In this document: positions 50,992 through 64,000 of the stretch, in pieces
Numbering within the stretch: position 1 is the stretch's first letter
Layout of the letters: each line of letters begins with the position of its first letter
DNA from: Sphyrna mokarran
Lineage: Eukaryota
Assembly (NCBI GenBank): GCA_024679065.1
Contig: JAGIQG010000040.1
Span: 12,090,001 to 12,154,000, forward strand
Direction of reading: 5' to 3'
DNA length: 64,000 nt
Made by a program: the position numbers and the translations under genes
The notes under the pieces: generated by a model
Told to the model about the DNA's origin: nothing
Database searches by the model: none
The model's input: the letters and a program-made list of their open reading frames with translations, nothing else

Positions 50992-53900
50992 GTAAGTGGC
51001 TCCAAATCCCGTCTTGTTACAGTCTGTCTCCTTTAATCTCCCCCTTCACTTTATCATTGTGATCAGTCTGGTTTCAATCCCATCCAATCTTCTTATGGAA
51101 AATCATCTCTAACAAATTACGAGTTGGGAGCAGGGTGTAATTCTGGAACCGGCTCCATTTCAGTCCCGGGGAAAGTCTCTTTGAGAGCTGATGGAGTCGG
51201 CGGTCAGTGGGACAGGGATAGTGGGACGAGGCTTCAGGGGAGAGGGTGGTGAGGCACGGGGTGGGGGTGCCAGTGTTAGGTGTGATGTGGGAGTTGAGAA
51301 TCTGGATGCTTATCGGTTTAAGGAGCACATCAGCATCAAGAACTCTGACACTTCTGACAGCTTTTAACACACTCAACACTCCGGAATCCACTCTGGATGT
51401 TAACTGTGACTGAGGGAGATCTGGCTGTCGCTTCCAGTCCGACAACGGGGTCACAAAGCTCTCTCTCCTGGGCAGTAGATTGCAGTCCTAGCCCTGGAAT
51501 GTCAATGAAATACCGGCTGACTGAGATCAGTGTCATTGCAGCCGGTTTATTTAACCGCAGCGACTCATTCAATACCTGAACCAGGAGACAAAAAAAGGAA
51601 AATTGACACAACGGACCTCAGGAATAATGAACTTATTGCTGTCGGAAGGAATGTTTTAATAGAGAAATCAGTGACTGAACTTACTGACGTTCGACCCGAT
51701 ATTTCTTTAAATAGCCTTCGTTTAACAAATCACTTTAGTTTTCTTAGTTCAAATTACTACCGTTAATGGTTAGTCCTGGAGCATAGATCTTCAGTAATTT
51801 TGCCAGGATATTTTAGGGCCAATAGCTTTTTGCAGAATCCAGTACTATGTTCTAGTACCTTCAGCCGGTGCTCAGTTTTGTAGAGTTAATTAAACTGACA
51901 TCACTGATGTTGGGGATCTCTGGAGGAATTCCAGATGGATCATCCAAAGGATATCTGTGCAGGAAGAATGTTGGCACTGCTTACACTTTATCTTCAGCAG
52001 ACTGACAACTCACTTATAGAGATACTGCTGGGATTGCCTCCTGAAGTCTTTCATTGAACAAGTATTACTCTCTTGTTCGCTAATGTCAATGCAGGGGACA
52101 TGCTGGCTCATGAGGTTACAGATTTTGTCTGAGTATAATTCTGCTGTCCATGGCCCATTGTGCCTTAGATGCCAAGCAATCAGTTGCTAAATCTGCCGGA
52201 AATCTATTCTGTTCGGTCTGATGACGGTGCCACACTACAAGATGGAGCGTAGCTCAATGTGAAGTTAGGGCTGAGAGAGGGGGATGATGTGGAAATCGTT
52301 GAGGGAGAACAGGAGAATAGCAAAGAATTGTGATGAGATTTTTTTGAACAAGCAATACGCAATTAATCGACAGGGAGAGATAGGTCGGATTATCTCTGGA
52401 GAATGCTAAAAATATAATTATCACGAATTGATAATGAGACTTGTGGAAGTTCGGAGTGAAATGGACTCCTGTCGGGAATACTGTGTAAAATTTGGTCTCC
52501 TTTGTTATAGAAAAGTCAACATACTTTGGAGGGAATTTACATTTTCTTTTGTGAAGAGATTGAAGACCCAGATTTTAATTTGAGGTTGGAGGAATTAGGA
52601 GTGATCTCATTAGAATTTACAATAATCTCAAAGGACTAGACAAAGCATATTTTAGGTGGTTGTTTTTTTTTTCCTAGGCGGGGGAGTCTATAACTTGAGG
52701 TCACATTTTCAGAATAACAGTTCAGCCATTTGGATTAAGAAGAGGAGAAATTTCTTCAGTCAAAGCCATTGTGGTGAATCTGAGAATTCTGTACAGCAAA
52801 GAGCAGTGGTTAGTCTGTGTTAAACACATTCAAGGCAGCGTTTGTTATATATCTGTTCACTAAAATAGTCCGGGGGAATGGGTCAACGCAGGAATTTCTT
52901 GTTGAGGCAGAAGATAAACTGCAACGTTACTGACCGATGGCGTAGCTTTGAAATGTGAAACGGCCGCTCTTCCTTCTATTAGTTGGAAATTTTGCTTCGA
53001 TTTCTGCATTTCTCAAGAAATCAATCCGCAACAATTTCTGGGGTCTCTTTACATCTGGAGATTAGAGAACAGTGAAGAGGATTCATGGAAATGGTTCATG
53101 TAACGAACAGGTTAATGAGATGTATGTGACCAAATTATTTATTTTTCGGTGTGTCTGGAGCAAGGGGCTATTAATATCTGATAGTGTTACAATCCCAGTT
53201 GATGTTACTATTGGATAGGAAGCTCCCAGATGAAAATTTGACTGGAAATAATGTAGTGTATTCTTCTGTTTCAGAACAATGGGGGGAATTAAATAACTGG
53301 ATGGCCAATTAGATTTTAATAATAGAAGATAAAAATATTTATCAATCATGAAGAAATTTTCTATGTCACAATTTACTATGACAGCCCAACTCTTCATGAC
53401 TGTACAAGACTTTAAGGATAACACAGATTGCAAAATAAATCTTTGCTATAATGTACCCTGTAAATGCAAACTCTGTAAAGCAAAAGGTCATTGTCTTCAG
53501 CTACACCCCATTCCAATACCCAGTGGTAGATACCATACAATCAAATTTCTGTGAATTGCTCCTCAAAACCCCACAGATCATTAAAAGCTATGAGCCAACT
53601 GGCCTCTCCAGACTCTCACATAGACACGAGTGTTTCCCATTCCCCACGTTCGAAAAGTCATATCTTTGGTAAATTCTACCAAATAATTCTTTGCCTACTC
53701 TACTTTCAGCAAGGATCCACTTCCAGAATTTCGCATTTTGATTTCACTATTCCTCTATCTTGAATTCCCATGTGCATTCAAGTTTCCATACAAGCTCAGA
53801 GGTGTGTCGCCATGCCAATACTGCTTCATTGGCCTCACCAATATTATGATTATATCTGAAAGCTGGCTGGCCAACTTCACCAGGTCTGTGCAGTTCAGCT

Positions 53901-54585
53901 CTGCATTTAGCTGGGGGCCTTTGTCTCTGTCCCGTCTTCAACTTTGAGAATCAGTACATAGTTCAGTTTCGAGTTCCTTTGCCTCCCCCTCCCCCCTCTC
54001 AGTTCAGTTGTCCTGGAACGTTTTCCTTTCAGCTCCTTGGTTTCTAAAACTATGTGTTCTTTATTTTCTGGGGGGTTTTTATTCTCCTTACTCCACTTAT
54101 TGTTTCTGCTTTGACAGAGCAGGTGTTTTTTGTCTCATTGCGTATCTCCTAAAGCCTTGGGTCCAGTTAAACGCCTTCCTAATACAAAGGTGGCTCCTGG
54201 TTCCCAAGGAACAGCCTATTCCTACTTTACAGCGTTTTATTTTTCATGCCATTAACTCCCTCGGCATAATACAGACACCGTTTAAAATTAACGAAAAACC
54301 CCATACATGCCAACACATTTGTTTGATATCATGCTAACTAGAGTTTTACCCTACTTTGTGCAGAAATGCTAAACTAAACTCAATTAAATATATATCTTAT
54401 TTTTAATATTCAATAATACAATCACAGATTGCAGAAACCACCTCTACCTCCTGACAATAGTGATTCAGAGAAAATCTAAATATCAAGAAGCAAAATTTAA
54501 AATATCGGCCAGGATGTGGAACTCACTGTCATTTTGAATGTTTGGAGCAGCAGGTACTGATGCATCTATGGGAAAACTTGAAAAT

Positions 54586-55054
54586 CAGTAAATTCTGGCA
54601 ACACCAATTTTAAATCCAATCGATTTATTTGATAGTAAATCTGCGAGCTTTCGGCCTTTGTGGCCTTCGTCAGGTGAATGAGGTGTTCTGGTCTCCAAAA
54701 GCACATATATCAGCACAGACAGTTTACAGATTGCTGATTAGAATGTGAATCCTTACACCTAACCTGCCATTCAAGTCTTAAAGTGGCTAACAGCAGAGGT
54801 TAGAGGGATTACTTATAGCCACTTTAATACTTGAATGGCAGGTTAGGTGTAAGGATTCACATTCTAATCAGCAATCTGTAAACTGTCTGTGCTGTTATGT
54901 ATGCTTTTGGAGACCAGAACACCTCATTCGCCTGACGAAGGCCACAAAGACCGAAAGCTCGCAGATTTACTATCAACTAAATCGGTTGAATTTAAAATTG
55001 GTGTTGCCAGACTTTAATGAGTTTACCCCAGTCCAACGCTGGCATCTCTACATC
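54586..55054. mobile_element. Palindromic non-autonomous Penelope-like insertion with 13-bp target-site duplication; copy 2 only
   Basis: About 205-bp inverted arms; AAAACTTGAAAAT on both sides (54573-54585 and 55055-55067); single empty site at about 28471 in copy 1. Confidence 0.85.
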
Positions 55055-56619
55055 AAAACTTGAAAATATCAGAGGGAGAACAGACTGACACAGGGAGCTG
55101 GATGGGAAAGATCAATTAGAAAACGGCGGGTTGAGGTTGGTCTGGAATATTTACACAGACATAACTGTGTAGGTCGAATTGTCTCTTCTTCTGCTGCTGT
55201 TCTATAAAATTTATAACATAGAGAAAACTCTGCCCACAGAACCCGGGAGAGCGTCAGTTAATGAGCAGAAAAAAAATGAAATAATCAGAGATCCAGTGAG
55301 TAACAGTAAAACCACTGCGGAAACTGAACAGAATGAGCACAACTGACAACAAGTACAAGACTTTGGGATATGTTTCCAAGACACAGGAAACAAGAAACCC
55401 AAACAACAAGTAAATGAAATGAATCTGATTAGAGATTTCAATGTAAAGTGAAGGAGGGAAAACATAATACTGACAGAAAATAAACAAATAGATTTAAAAG
55501 AAAGGCTCCCAGAAAGTGTTAAATTCAATTAAATGTCTGTACATTTGGCCACCGTTGTTCGGCATGTTTCTGCCCTGTTGAAGCTGATGAATCACAATCA
55601 TTTTTGTTGGATCTTGCTGTGCATTGTGATGTGAGCAGTTGGGTTACGCTTTGACAAGCATTTCTAGAAATGGATTGCGTCACTGATAACAAAATATTCC
55701 CTCAGTTTGTGTCTCAACATGGAAACTGGAAGCTGAAACCGAGTATATATGGTAGAATCATTTAGCATGGAAGGGCGACATTCGGCCCCTTGGGTAGATG
55801 CTGCCCCTTTATAAATGAAATCCAATTCTTCCACAAACTATGAATATTCCTGATAAACCTGTTGTTTTCCTGTTCATGTAAGTGATCATTCCTCATTCAT
55901 AATTCACACTTAAACCAGCTCTTACTAAGCTGACAGTGTGTTCATAGATTCACAGAATTTACAGCAAAAAGACAGGTTTTTTGTTCCAAACTGATCCATG
56001 TGCCGATCAAAATGCCCATCTAAGCTCAGTCATTTGTCTGCTTTTGGCCCATTCCCCTCTAAAACTTTTATTTTGGACAGATATGTCTTTTAAATGTTGC
56101 CAATGTCCCTGCCTCAACCACTTCCTCCGGCAGCTCATTCCTCATATGCATCACCCTCTGTGTAAAAAAAAGTTTGTTTTTCCGTGCAGGTTCCCGTTAA
56201 TTCCTTCTTGTTCTCGATTCTCAACCCTGGGAATAAAATTGAGTTCATTCGCTCTATCAGTGCCTCTTATGACCTTATACACTTTTACAAGATCACCTGT
56301 CTGTCTCCTATGCACCAAAGGAAAAAGTCCAATCTCTGCCTGTAACTCAGTCCTTGAGTCCTGGTAACACCCTTGTTAACCTCTTCTGCACTCTCTCCAG
56401 TTTAATAACATCGTTACAGATCATTTGTGCATTTGTGTTTATTTGTGTAAAATAGGATGTCACCTCATTGTACACTGGTTTATAGAGTAAGTGAATCTCG
56501 TTCCATTGGAATTAAAATAATAATTACACCGCATAAAACTGAGCTAATCCTGCAACTGTCACAATCCCTGGGTAAAAAGTGGCAAGACTTAAAAAAGTGT
56601 ATTTTTTGTTCTCCTGCAG

Positions 56620-56930
56620 ATTCTCCTTCCCTGGTATCCAAGAATCCGCCTCTCCAAATCTCTGCTGCCGATGACACGGTTACTTTAAGCTGTGAATATT
56701 CAGGGTTCTGTCAGTACACAGTGCACTGGTACAGTCAGTCCCCAGGACAGGGTCTGAAATACTTGCTTCAGAAAGACACTTCCGGAGGGGACAATAAAGA
56801 AAACGCTGCCGGAGGGAGAACTTCTGCTTCTATCGATTCTGTTGAGAAAATCAGCCGGTTAAAGATCTCCGAACTGCAACTAAATGACTCGGCTACCTAT
56901 TACTGCGGACTGAGTCGGCAAAGCCTGAAC
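56620..56930 (+). CDS. Leaderless supporting TCR-type V segment, copy 2, with 23-RSS at 56931-56969
   Basis: CTGCAG acceptor; ...SCEYSGFCQYTVHWY...DSATYYCG; CACGGTA-23-GCAATAACC. Confidence 0.9.
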
Positions 56931-57196
56931 CACGGTAGTTGAATCTCTCTTAACACCCGTGCAATAACCTCCTAGCACCACAGGAGAAAACCAAGCTCTC
57001 TCAATAGCACCCTCCCAACACCACTCCCCATCACCGCCTTCCATCCCCATGGAGTGTACACAATTACTTACCCCCATCACCCCCTCCCCATTCCCCACCA
57101 CCCCATCCCCCTCATTCCCGGTGCTGGGACACGGCAGAAGGACAGAGAGAGGTGGAGGAGGTCACTATGGATCTGGTTATGGAATCAAACAGCGTG

Positions 57197-57257
57197 TAAC
57201 ATGGAGAGACTAGAAAGCTCATCTTTGGCAATGGAAGCAGGCTGATTGTGGAACCCA
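57197..57257 (+). CDS. TCR-type J segment, copy 2 (HGETRKLIFGNGSRLIVEP), with 12-RSS at 57169-57196
   Basis: Coding sequence identical to 30608-30668; GGATCTGGT-12-CAGCGTG. Confidence 0.9.
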
Positions 57258-60200
57258 GTAAGTAACTAATCCTGAATAATTATTACTCAACATGTTATTT
57301 CCCCTTCATGACTTCATGGAGCCATACAGACACTGCGTTATTTCAATTAACACTATATTTGTATGGAACGGGTGAGCAGTTCTCATTGAGAATCTAAACA
57401 GCAGCTTCACTGGGCATTGAGATAGAGCAGATGAGAGCTTTATTGTTTCCACAATTCAGGATTGTTTCCTTAAAACATTTAACTGGCCTTTATCATAAAA
57501 CCCACCTGATACCTGGCAAGGAGATGTATTGCTGAAATTGTTGTGTGTAATGCAATTAAATGAGAATGAGAGAGAGAGAGAGACTCCTGCTCAGCCACGC
57601 CTAATATATAACATGGCTTTCTCAAGCTCTCAGCGTTTCACAAAAAATCTAGCGACTTCTTATAAAAATAGCTATCACTGAAAGCAGAGCAATTCTGCTT
57701 AAATGCACCACTGGGCGAAGCGAGGCAATTTGGTTTTTAATTTGTGCGTGGATGTGCATATATTTGTAGGATTTTCTAAGATGCATTGTCCCTCTCTTGG
57801 TGATAGATAATTTTTAAGGTTTACTTTTCGCATACGATGGCAGTTGTCGAAGCTCCCACTCACATTTATGAACATGGCAGTATCCTTATTTTCGATATTG
57901 GTTGGAATCTGAATAAGTTGCTGCGCTTGTAGATTTCTGCTGATAACTGTTCACAGTGCTCATTACTATGACGGTACTTAGAAACTCAACTTTGGGTGCG
58001 GGAGCCAACTGAATATTGCGCCAAATAGGTGTCAGCTGATTTATCTTTACCCTTCGACGGACATTTCTGGTGAACCCATGTCTGGAGAGTGGTGACAAAA
58101 AGCGAAATCAATGCTTAAAATTAAAAGAAAGCTGTTAGATGTATTAATGCATCATTAGATATTTAATTAGAATGGTCGAGATCCAAAGGATACAATCAGT
58201 AAATTCGTAGATATCACACAAATTAGTGGTGTAATAAATAGCGAAGAGGGAAACCTTACATTATTGATCAATATAGGAGGTTTGGTTAAATGGACAGAGA
58301 AGTAGAAAATTGGAAGTTAACTTTAAAAAGTGTAATGTGATGCATTTTGGCAGGACTAAAGAGGGCAAGGATATGTACAGAAATTAATGAAAACTGCATG
58401 GAAGGAAAGTTAAACTGCCGGCTATGTCTTCAACATTTTTGAAACAGAGAAAAAACAAATAAAACAAAATACCTAAATGGGGATGGGTTTCAGGGAGATG
58501 AATAGTTGCATTTTTTCTTTAGAGATCATCTGGCATTATAATTTGAATCCTAATCTATGGTCAAATCACCAAATAGGTCAAAAACAACCTCTTGCATTAT
58601 CCATTAGAACTGATGAATCACAGTCATTCTTTGTTGGATCTTGCTGTGCACTGTGATTTGACGCAGTTGGGTTGCTTTCTGGCAATCATTTCTAGAAATG
58701 GATTGCGTCACCGATAATAACATGTTCTCTCAGTTTGTCTCTCAACATGGAAAATGAAAGCTGAAACCGAGCATATATGGTAGAATCATTTAGCATGGAA
58801 CGGCGACATTCAGCTCCTCGGATAGATGTGGCCCTTTTATAAATGAAATCCAATTCTTCCACAAGCTATGAATGTTGCTGATAAATCTGTAACAGATTTG
58901 TGTAGCGTCTGCTATGATTGCTCAGACATTGAATCCAGGAGTTAGGGCGTTTTGGTGAAGTTGTGCAAGGCATTGGCAAATTCACACTTGGAATATTGTG
59001 TACAATTCTGGTCACCCGATTATAGAAAGGATATAATTAAACGAGAAAGAGTGCAGAAAAGGTTTACTAGAGGTAGTATAGAGGCGGATACAATTTTGTC
59101 TTTTAGAAAGTTACATTGGGTAAGGTGGGTATAGAGGGAATTGGGGCAAGTGTTGGCAATTGGGTTTAGCTTTAAAAAGAAAATCTGCATGAACAAGTTA
59201 GGCCGAAGGGCCTGCTTCCATGCTGTAAATCTCTATGATTCCTTGACTCTATGATGTGTCATCCCCACAACTGAAAGATTGATCCTTGGTACTTGAACAA
59301 AACTCACTGTGGAAAGTCGAATGCATTCTCACAAAGTTACATTACAAAGCACTTATATAGCCCGTCCCTAAATGTGGAAGGCAGTGGGGAGTTGCCTTGT
59401 TGAATCTGCTGCACTCGTCCATGTGTTGTGTGTATTATTCCATCCTGCCTACAAAACATTCCCATTGTGTGGAGAGATTGTGGGGAGTGTGATGGCCCGT
59501 GGCTACTTGAGGTGAGCAAGTGCATTAAGTTTCTGATTATTCTTCCCCTCAAAGTTCTTTTTTACACGATCCCAGTAAATAATGTATTGGCCTGTTATGT
59601 TCAAATGGATGGGAGGTTGAGAGCATTTATATTTTTACCTGGATATAACCTGCCCTGGCTATTGCAGTCAGCCAGGGCTATTGCCTCCTGCCTTCCTTCT
59701 TCTGAACCCCAGACAATAAAATCCTAACTGGCTCAATCTCCCCTCATATGTCAGCCCTGCCGCTCCAGAATTCCTCCACTCCCTCTTTAGCATCAACTGT
59801 ACTGCACTAGTCTACCTTTTCGGCTATCCCATCAAAAATTCATTCAAATTTATGAGACACGATTATCCACTCACAAAGCCATGTTGAATGTCCCTAATCA
59901 GTCCTTGCATCTCTGAATGAATGTAAATCCTTCTTTCAAAATATATTTCAATAATTTACCCACCCAGATGTGAGGCTCACTGGCCTGTAGTTTCCAGGCT
60001 TTTCCCTGCAGCCCCTTTTAAACAAAGACACAACATTTGCCACTTTCCAATCTTCAGGCACCTCACCTGTGTCTAACAATGATTCAAATATCTCTGCTAG
60101 GGAACCCGCAAATTTCTCCCTCGCCTCCCATAATATCCTTGGATACACTTCATTAATTTCCGGGGATTCATCGATCTCAATGCGCTGTTAGACTTCCAGC

Positions 60201-60759
60201 ACCTCTTTCTCTGTTATATGTATACTCCCAAAGACATCATTATTTTTTCCCCAAGTTCCCTAACAACGACGCTTTTGTCAACAGTGAATACTGGTGAGAA
60301 ATATTCAATTAGGATCTCACCCGCGTGTGTTCGTGTGTGTGCTCGTGTGCGTGTGTGTGTGTGAGTGTGTGTATGTGTTGTGTTCGTATATGTGTGTGTA
60401 TGTGTCTGTGCATGTATGTGTGCCNNNNNNNNNNNNNNNNNNNNNNNNNNNNNNNNNNNNNNNNNNNNNNNNNNNNNNNNNNNNNNNNNNNNNNNNNNNN
60501 NNNNNNNNNNNNNNNNNNNNNNNNNNNNNNNNNNNNNNNNNNNNNNNNNNNNNNNNNNNNNNNNNNNNNNNNNNNNNNNNNNNNNNNNNNNNNNNNNNNN
60601 NNNNNNNNNNNNNNNNNNNNGGAAAAGGATATTATCCAGTCCTCAGCATTCGGTAAGTAAGGAAGAAACTTACATAGGATTAATTTTTGTCGTGAATTTT
60701 CAGCACTTTTGTCTTTTTCTGAATGTATTTTGAGGCCCAAGTAAGAGCCAATGTTATAT

Positions 60760-61620
60760 GATTGTGATCAGCAAGTTTGCAGACGATACAAAGATGGCTG
60801 GACTTGCGGATAGTGAGGGGCACTGTCAGGCGATGCAGCAGGACATAGATAGGCTGATAGCTTGGGCAGACAGATGGCAGATGGAATTTAATCCTGGTAA
60901 ATGCAAGGTGATGCATTTCAGGAGAAAGAATGTGTGGGGGGGAGGTATATGATAAAGGGTAGACCTATTAAGAGTACAGAAACGCAGAGGGACCTGGGGG
61001 TGCAGGTGAACAAGTCTCTGAAGGTGGCAGAGCAAGTGGAGAAGGTTGTGAAGAAAGCATATGGTATGCTAGCCTTTATAGGAAGGGGTATAGAGTACAA
61101 GAGCTGGCCTTTTAATGTTGCAGTTGTATAAAACGTTGGTTAGACCTCATTTGGAATACTGCGTCCAGTTCTGGTCGCCTTACTACCGGAAGGACGTGGA
61201 GACTCTGGAGAGAGTGCAGAGGAGGTTTACCAGGATGCTGCGTGGTATGGAAGGCCTGAGTTACGAGGAGAGGTTAGGCAAATTGGGACTGTTTTCCTTG
61301 GAAAATCGTAGACTTAGAGGAGATCTAATAGAGGTGTACAAGATTATGAGGGGTATAGGTAGAGTAGACAGGGTTAAGCTTTTCCCTAGGAAGGACTCGA
61401 ATAGCACGAGGGGTCCTGGGCTTAGGGTGAGAGGGGTAAGGAATAATTTGGATACTGGAGGGAGTTTTTTCACACAGAGGGTGATGGGGATATGGAATGC
61501 GCTGCCAAGTAAAGTGGTGGAGGCAGGCACTCTGGAGTTATTTAAGAAATACTTAGATGGGCACATGAACAGAATGGGAATGGAAGGGTATAGAAAACTG
61601 ATTTAAAATAGGGATTATGA
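60760..61620 (+). mobile_element. 5'-truncated CR1 LINE
   Basis: SKFADDTK, RPHLEYCVQFWSP and RRLRGDLIEVYK. Confidence 0.9.
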
Positions 61621-62437
61621 ATCTTGGGAAGTGTGAATATAGATAATGATATTGATGTACTTGTTTTTATCCTATATGTGCTTTGTCCACCTTGTTGTGT
61701 AACGAGGGGCATAGAGCAATGGGTCGTGAGAGGGCTGCTCTTGGATTTTTTTCGAGAGTATCCTAGTGCTTCACGTCATTAGTGTACGTTTGACCTGGAC
61801 CATTTGATGGGCAACACGACAGCTCAGTGACTATCGCTGTGCTGTGCAGATACATGGATTTGGGCCTGTGTCTGTGGGAGTTTGCGCATTCTCCCTGTGC
61901 TTGCGTGGGTTTTTCTCCGGGTGCTCCAGTTTCCTCCCACATCCCAAAGATGTGCTCTTAGGCTAATTGGCAAAACAAATTCTCCCTAAATTGTCTCAAA
62001 TTTGGTTTTTAATCCATAGATCTATAAACATAGACAGGGATCACGGGTAGAGGTGGGAACATCGGGGTGACGGCACGGGCTCGTTGGGCCGAAGGGCCTG
62101 TTTCCCGTGCTGTTTTGTTCTTTGTTCTTTGTAAGATACTATATTCAGGTAATATTCAGTCGTGGATTCACTGGCGGGAGGGTACAGTTTCAAGTCATGT
62201 TGTTGACGCTGGATTGATAATTCGGAGAAGCAGGCTGAAGCTTTGAGAACCAGGGTTCGAATTCCAACACAGCAAGTTAACTGAATTCAAGGCAAAGTAG
62301 AATGACTGTGAGTGAGAATAGAAAATTTCAATTATGCAACATTTCCTCATTAGATCGAATATATTTTGACCACGTTTCTGCCAATTTTGAAGCGTCCGAC
62401 CGATGTGTAAATATTGCTGCAGTGTTTTTTTTAATGT

Positions 62438-62510
62438 GGGCCAGTGGCGCAATGGATAACACGTCTGACTACGGATCAGAAGATTCCAGGTTCGACTCCT
62501 GGTTGGCTCG
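62438..62510 (+). tRNA. tRNA-Arg(ACG)
   Basis: GGGCCAGTGGCGCAATGGATAACACGTCTGACTACGGATCAGAAGATTCCAGGTTCGACTCCTGGTTGGCTCG; one D-stem mismatch. Confidence 0.88.
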
Positions 62511-63162
62511 TTGTGTAATTTTCACATTCGTTCATAAACTCCATATTATTGCTGATGAAAAGTATATTTTCAATAATTTTCAACCAATTCAAAGAAATGT
62601 TGACCAAATGCAGGCAGCTTCTATGAAGATATTTATCTTAGCTACTTATTTTTCAAAAACAATGTTGACTAAAAAGACTGAAATACTTTAAGTCCTTTTG
62701 AAAAAAAAAGATTTTTTAAAATGACAAATTCTCATTAAAGTGTTTGGGAAAAATACTTCAGCAAGTTTAAGTTACCTTCTAAAAAGTTGGAAATTTCTCG
62801 AAAAGAAATGGAAACTACATTTTTTTCAGAATGGTGAAGACTGTTTCTAAAAAAAAGTTGACAAAATCTGTTGAAGAGTTTCTTTTAAATATGTTTAATT
62901 TTAAGAAGCAAAATACACAGAATTGTTTTTTAAAAGTTTCAGTTAAAACAAATGGAGGAATTTTTTGGAGTAAATTTTATTTAAAAAGTTCAACTTAGCC
63001 AGAAGTTTCTGGTCTGCGATGCTGGGATTCTTGTCCATTGGAGCGAAGGAAATTGAAGAGTGATTTAATCGAGATGGACGAGATTAGGGCACGTTTAGAA
63101 GAGGGGCGGCAATTTATGAGATTTGGGGCAAGGCGGGGGCATCACACATGCACACACACTTA

Positions 63163-63211
<49 letters not shown>

Positions 63212-63469
63212 TTGCTCAATAACTGCCAGGCTCCAGTCGAATTGTTATTGTGTGACACCAACCGCTTCTTTTCTTTTGCCACAGAGAAGTTAAAGAGCAG
63301 CGAATGCACGAAAAACACTGACGTTGCACGCATCAGGCACCAGAGGGTTGTCATACTGTGCATTCTCATACCAATTGAACTGGCTGACAAATTATGCTCT
63401 CCTTTGGTGCTTTGTAATAAATTTAAACGAAACGCTCTTCAGCAAATCAACCATCTGCATATGAAAACG

Positions 63470-63541
63470 AGGTCCCGCCGAGATTTGAACTCGGATCACT
63501 GGATTCAAAGTCCAGAATGCTCACCATTACACCACAGAACC
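63470..63541 (-). tRNA. tRNA-Gln(TTG)
   Basis: Reverse complement reads GGTTCTGTGGTGTAATGGTGAGCATTCTGGACTTTGAATCCAGTGATCCGAGTTCAAATCTCGGCGGGACCT. Confidence 0.85.
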
Positions 63542-64000
63542 CAGTACGCAGTAATATCCTGAAAATCGTGATTCAATATTTCTGCTACCATAAATAAGAA
63601 GAGAGAAATGTGAGTCCCGTTAAACAATCCCGTCAATGACCAACACCAATTCACACTTACATTGCCCTTGCTGGTTTCTCTTGTAAAAACTGAGTAAGTT
63701 GCTTTCAACTGCATTAAATTTCACTGTAGCTGCCCACATTCAAAAAGATCGAACTGATCGGGACCTTACTGTGGTAAATCTACTGACCAACATCAGCTTA
63801 TCACAGCTCTGCTTTCATCACACTGTCCCTTACATTTATTTTCTCCTGGAATTTGTACATTTTGATCTCCTAATACGCAGCCAGCAGCTCCCTTCTTAGC
63901 CATGATCATCACCATTTATTTTTTATTATTGATGTGAAATATTTGTCGCCACTCCTTTATTCACTGTTCTGACCAATGAAACAAGTGTACCGAATGTCTT

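Larger units (their letters stand above)
42797..60680 (+). repeat. Segmental duplication unit, copy 2; lacks the full-length CR1, the 37.06-40.75 kb block and the C exon
   Basis: Colinear with 16562-41663; similarity ends about 30 bp after the GTAAGT at 60653. Confidence 0.92.

Noticed and set aside
57054-57245. ORF ending NMERLESSSLAMEAG
   Set aside because: Wrong reading frame of the J segment KLIFGNGSRLIVEP.
62215-62280. tRNA-like GGTTCGAATTCC motif (also about 37825)
   Set aside because: B-box of a SINE; no cloverleaf can be formed.

Overview
This is a cartilaginous-fish (shark-like) genomic window with five N gaps. It contains a two-exon GPR139/GPR142-like GPCR gene, several tRNA genes and pseudogenes, many CR1 LINE, SINE and Penelope-like fragments, and simple repeats. 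The main content is a tandem duplication (about 16.6-42.7 kb and about 42.8-60.7 kb). Each copy carries a germline, RAG-type double-V antigen receptor unit. The order is leader, NAR-type V (22-RSS), D (12/12-RSS), NAR-type J (23-RSS), leaderless TCR-type supporting V (23-RSS), and a TCR-type J (12-RSS) only about 270 bp after it. Copy 1 continues to a second TCR-type J and a TCR-delta-like C exon. The components match NAR-TCR. The organisation looks different from the described translocon form: a repeated self-contained cluster whose supporting V has its own J and no intact D, resembling TCR-mu, and flanked by GPCR and tRNA genes. I found no transmembrane exon, and the copy boundaries coincide with assembly gaps, so function and adjacency are unproven. 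All coordinates were read by eye and no database search was run.
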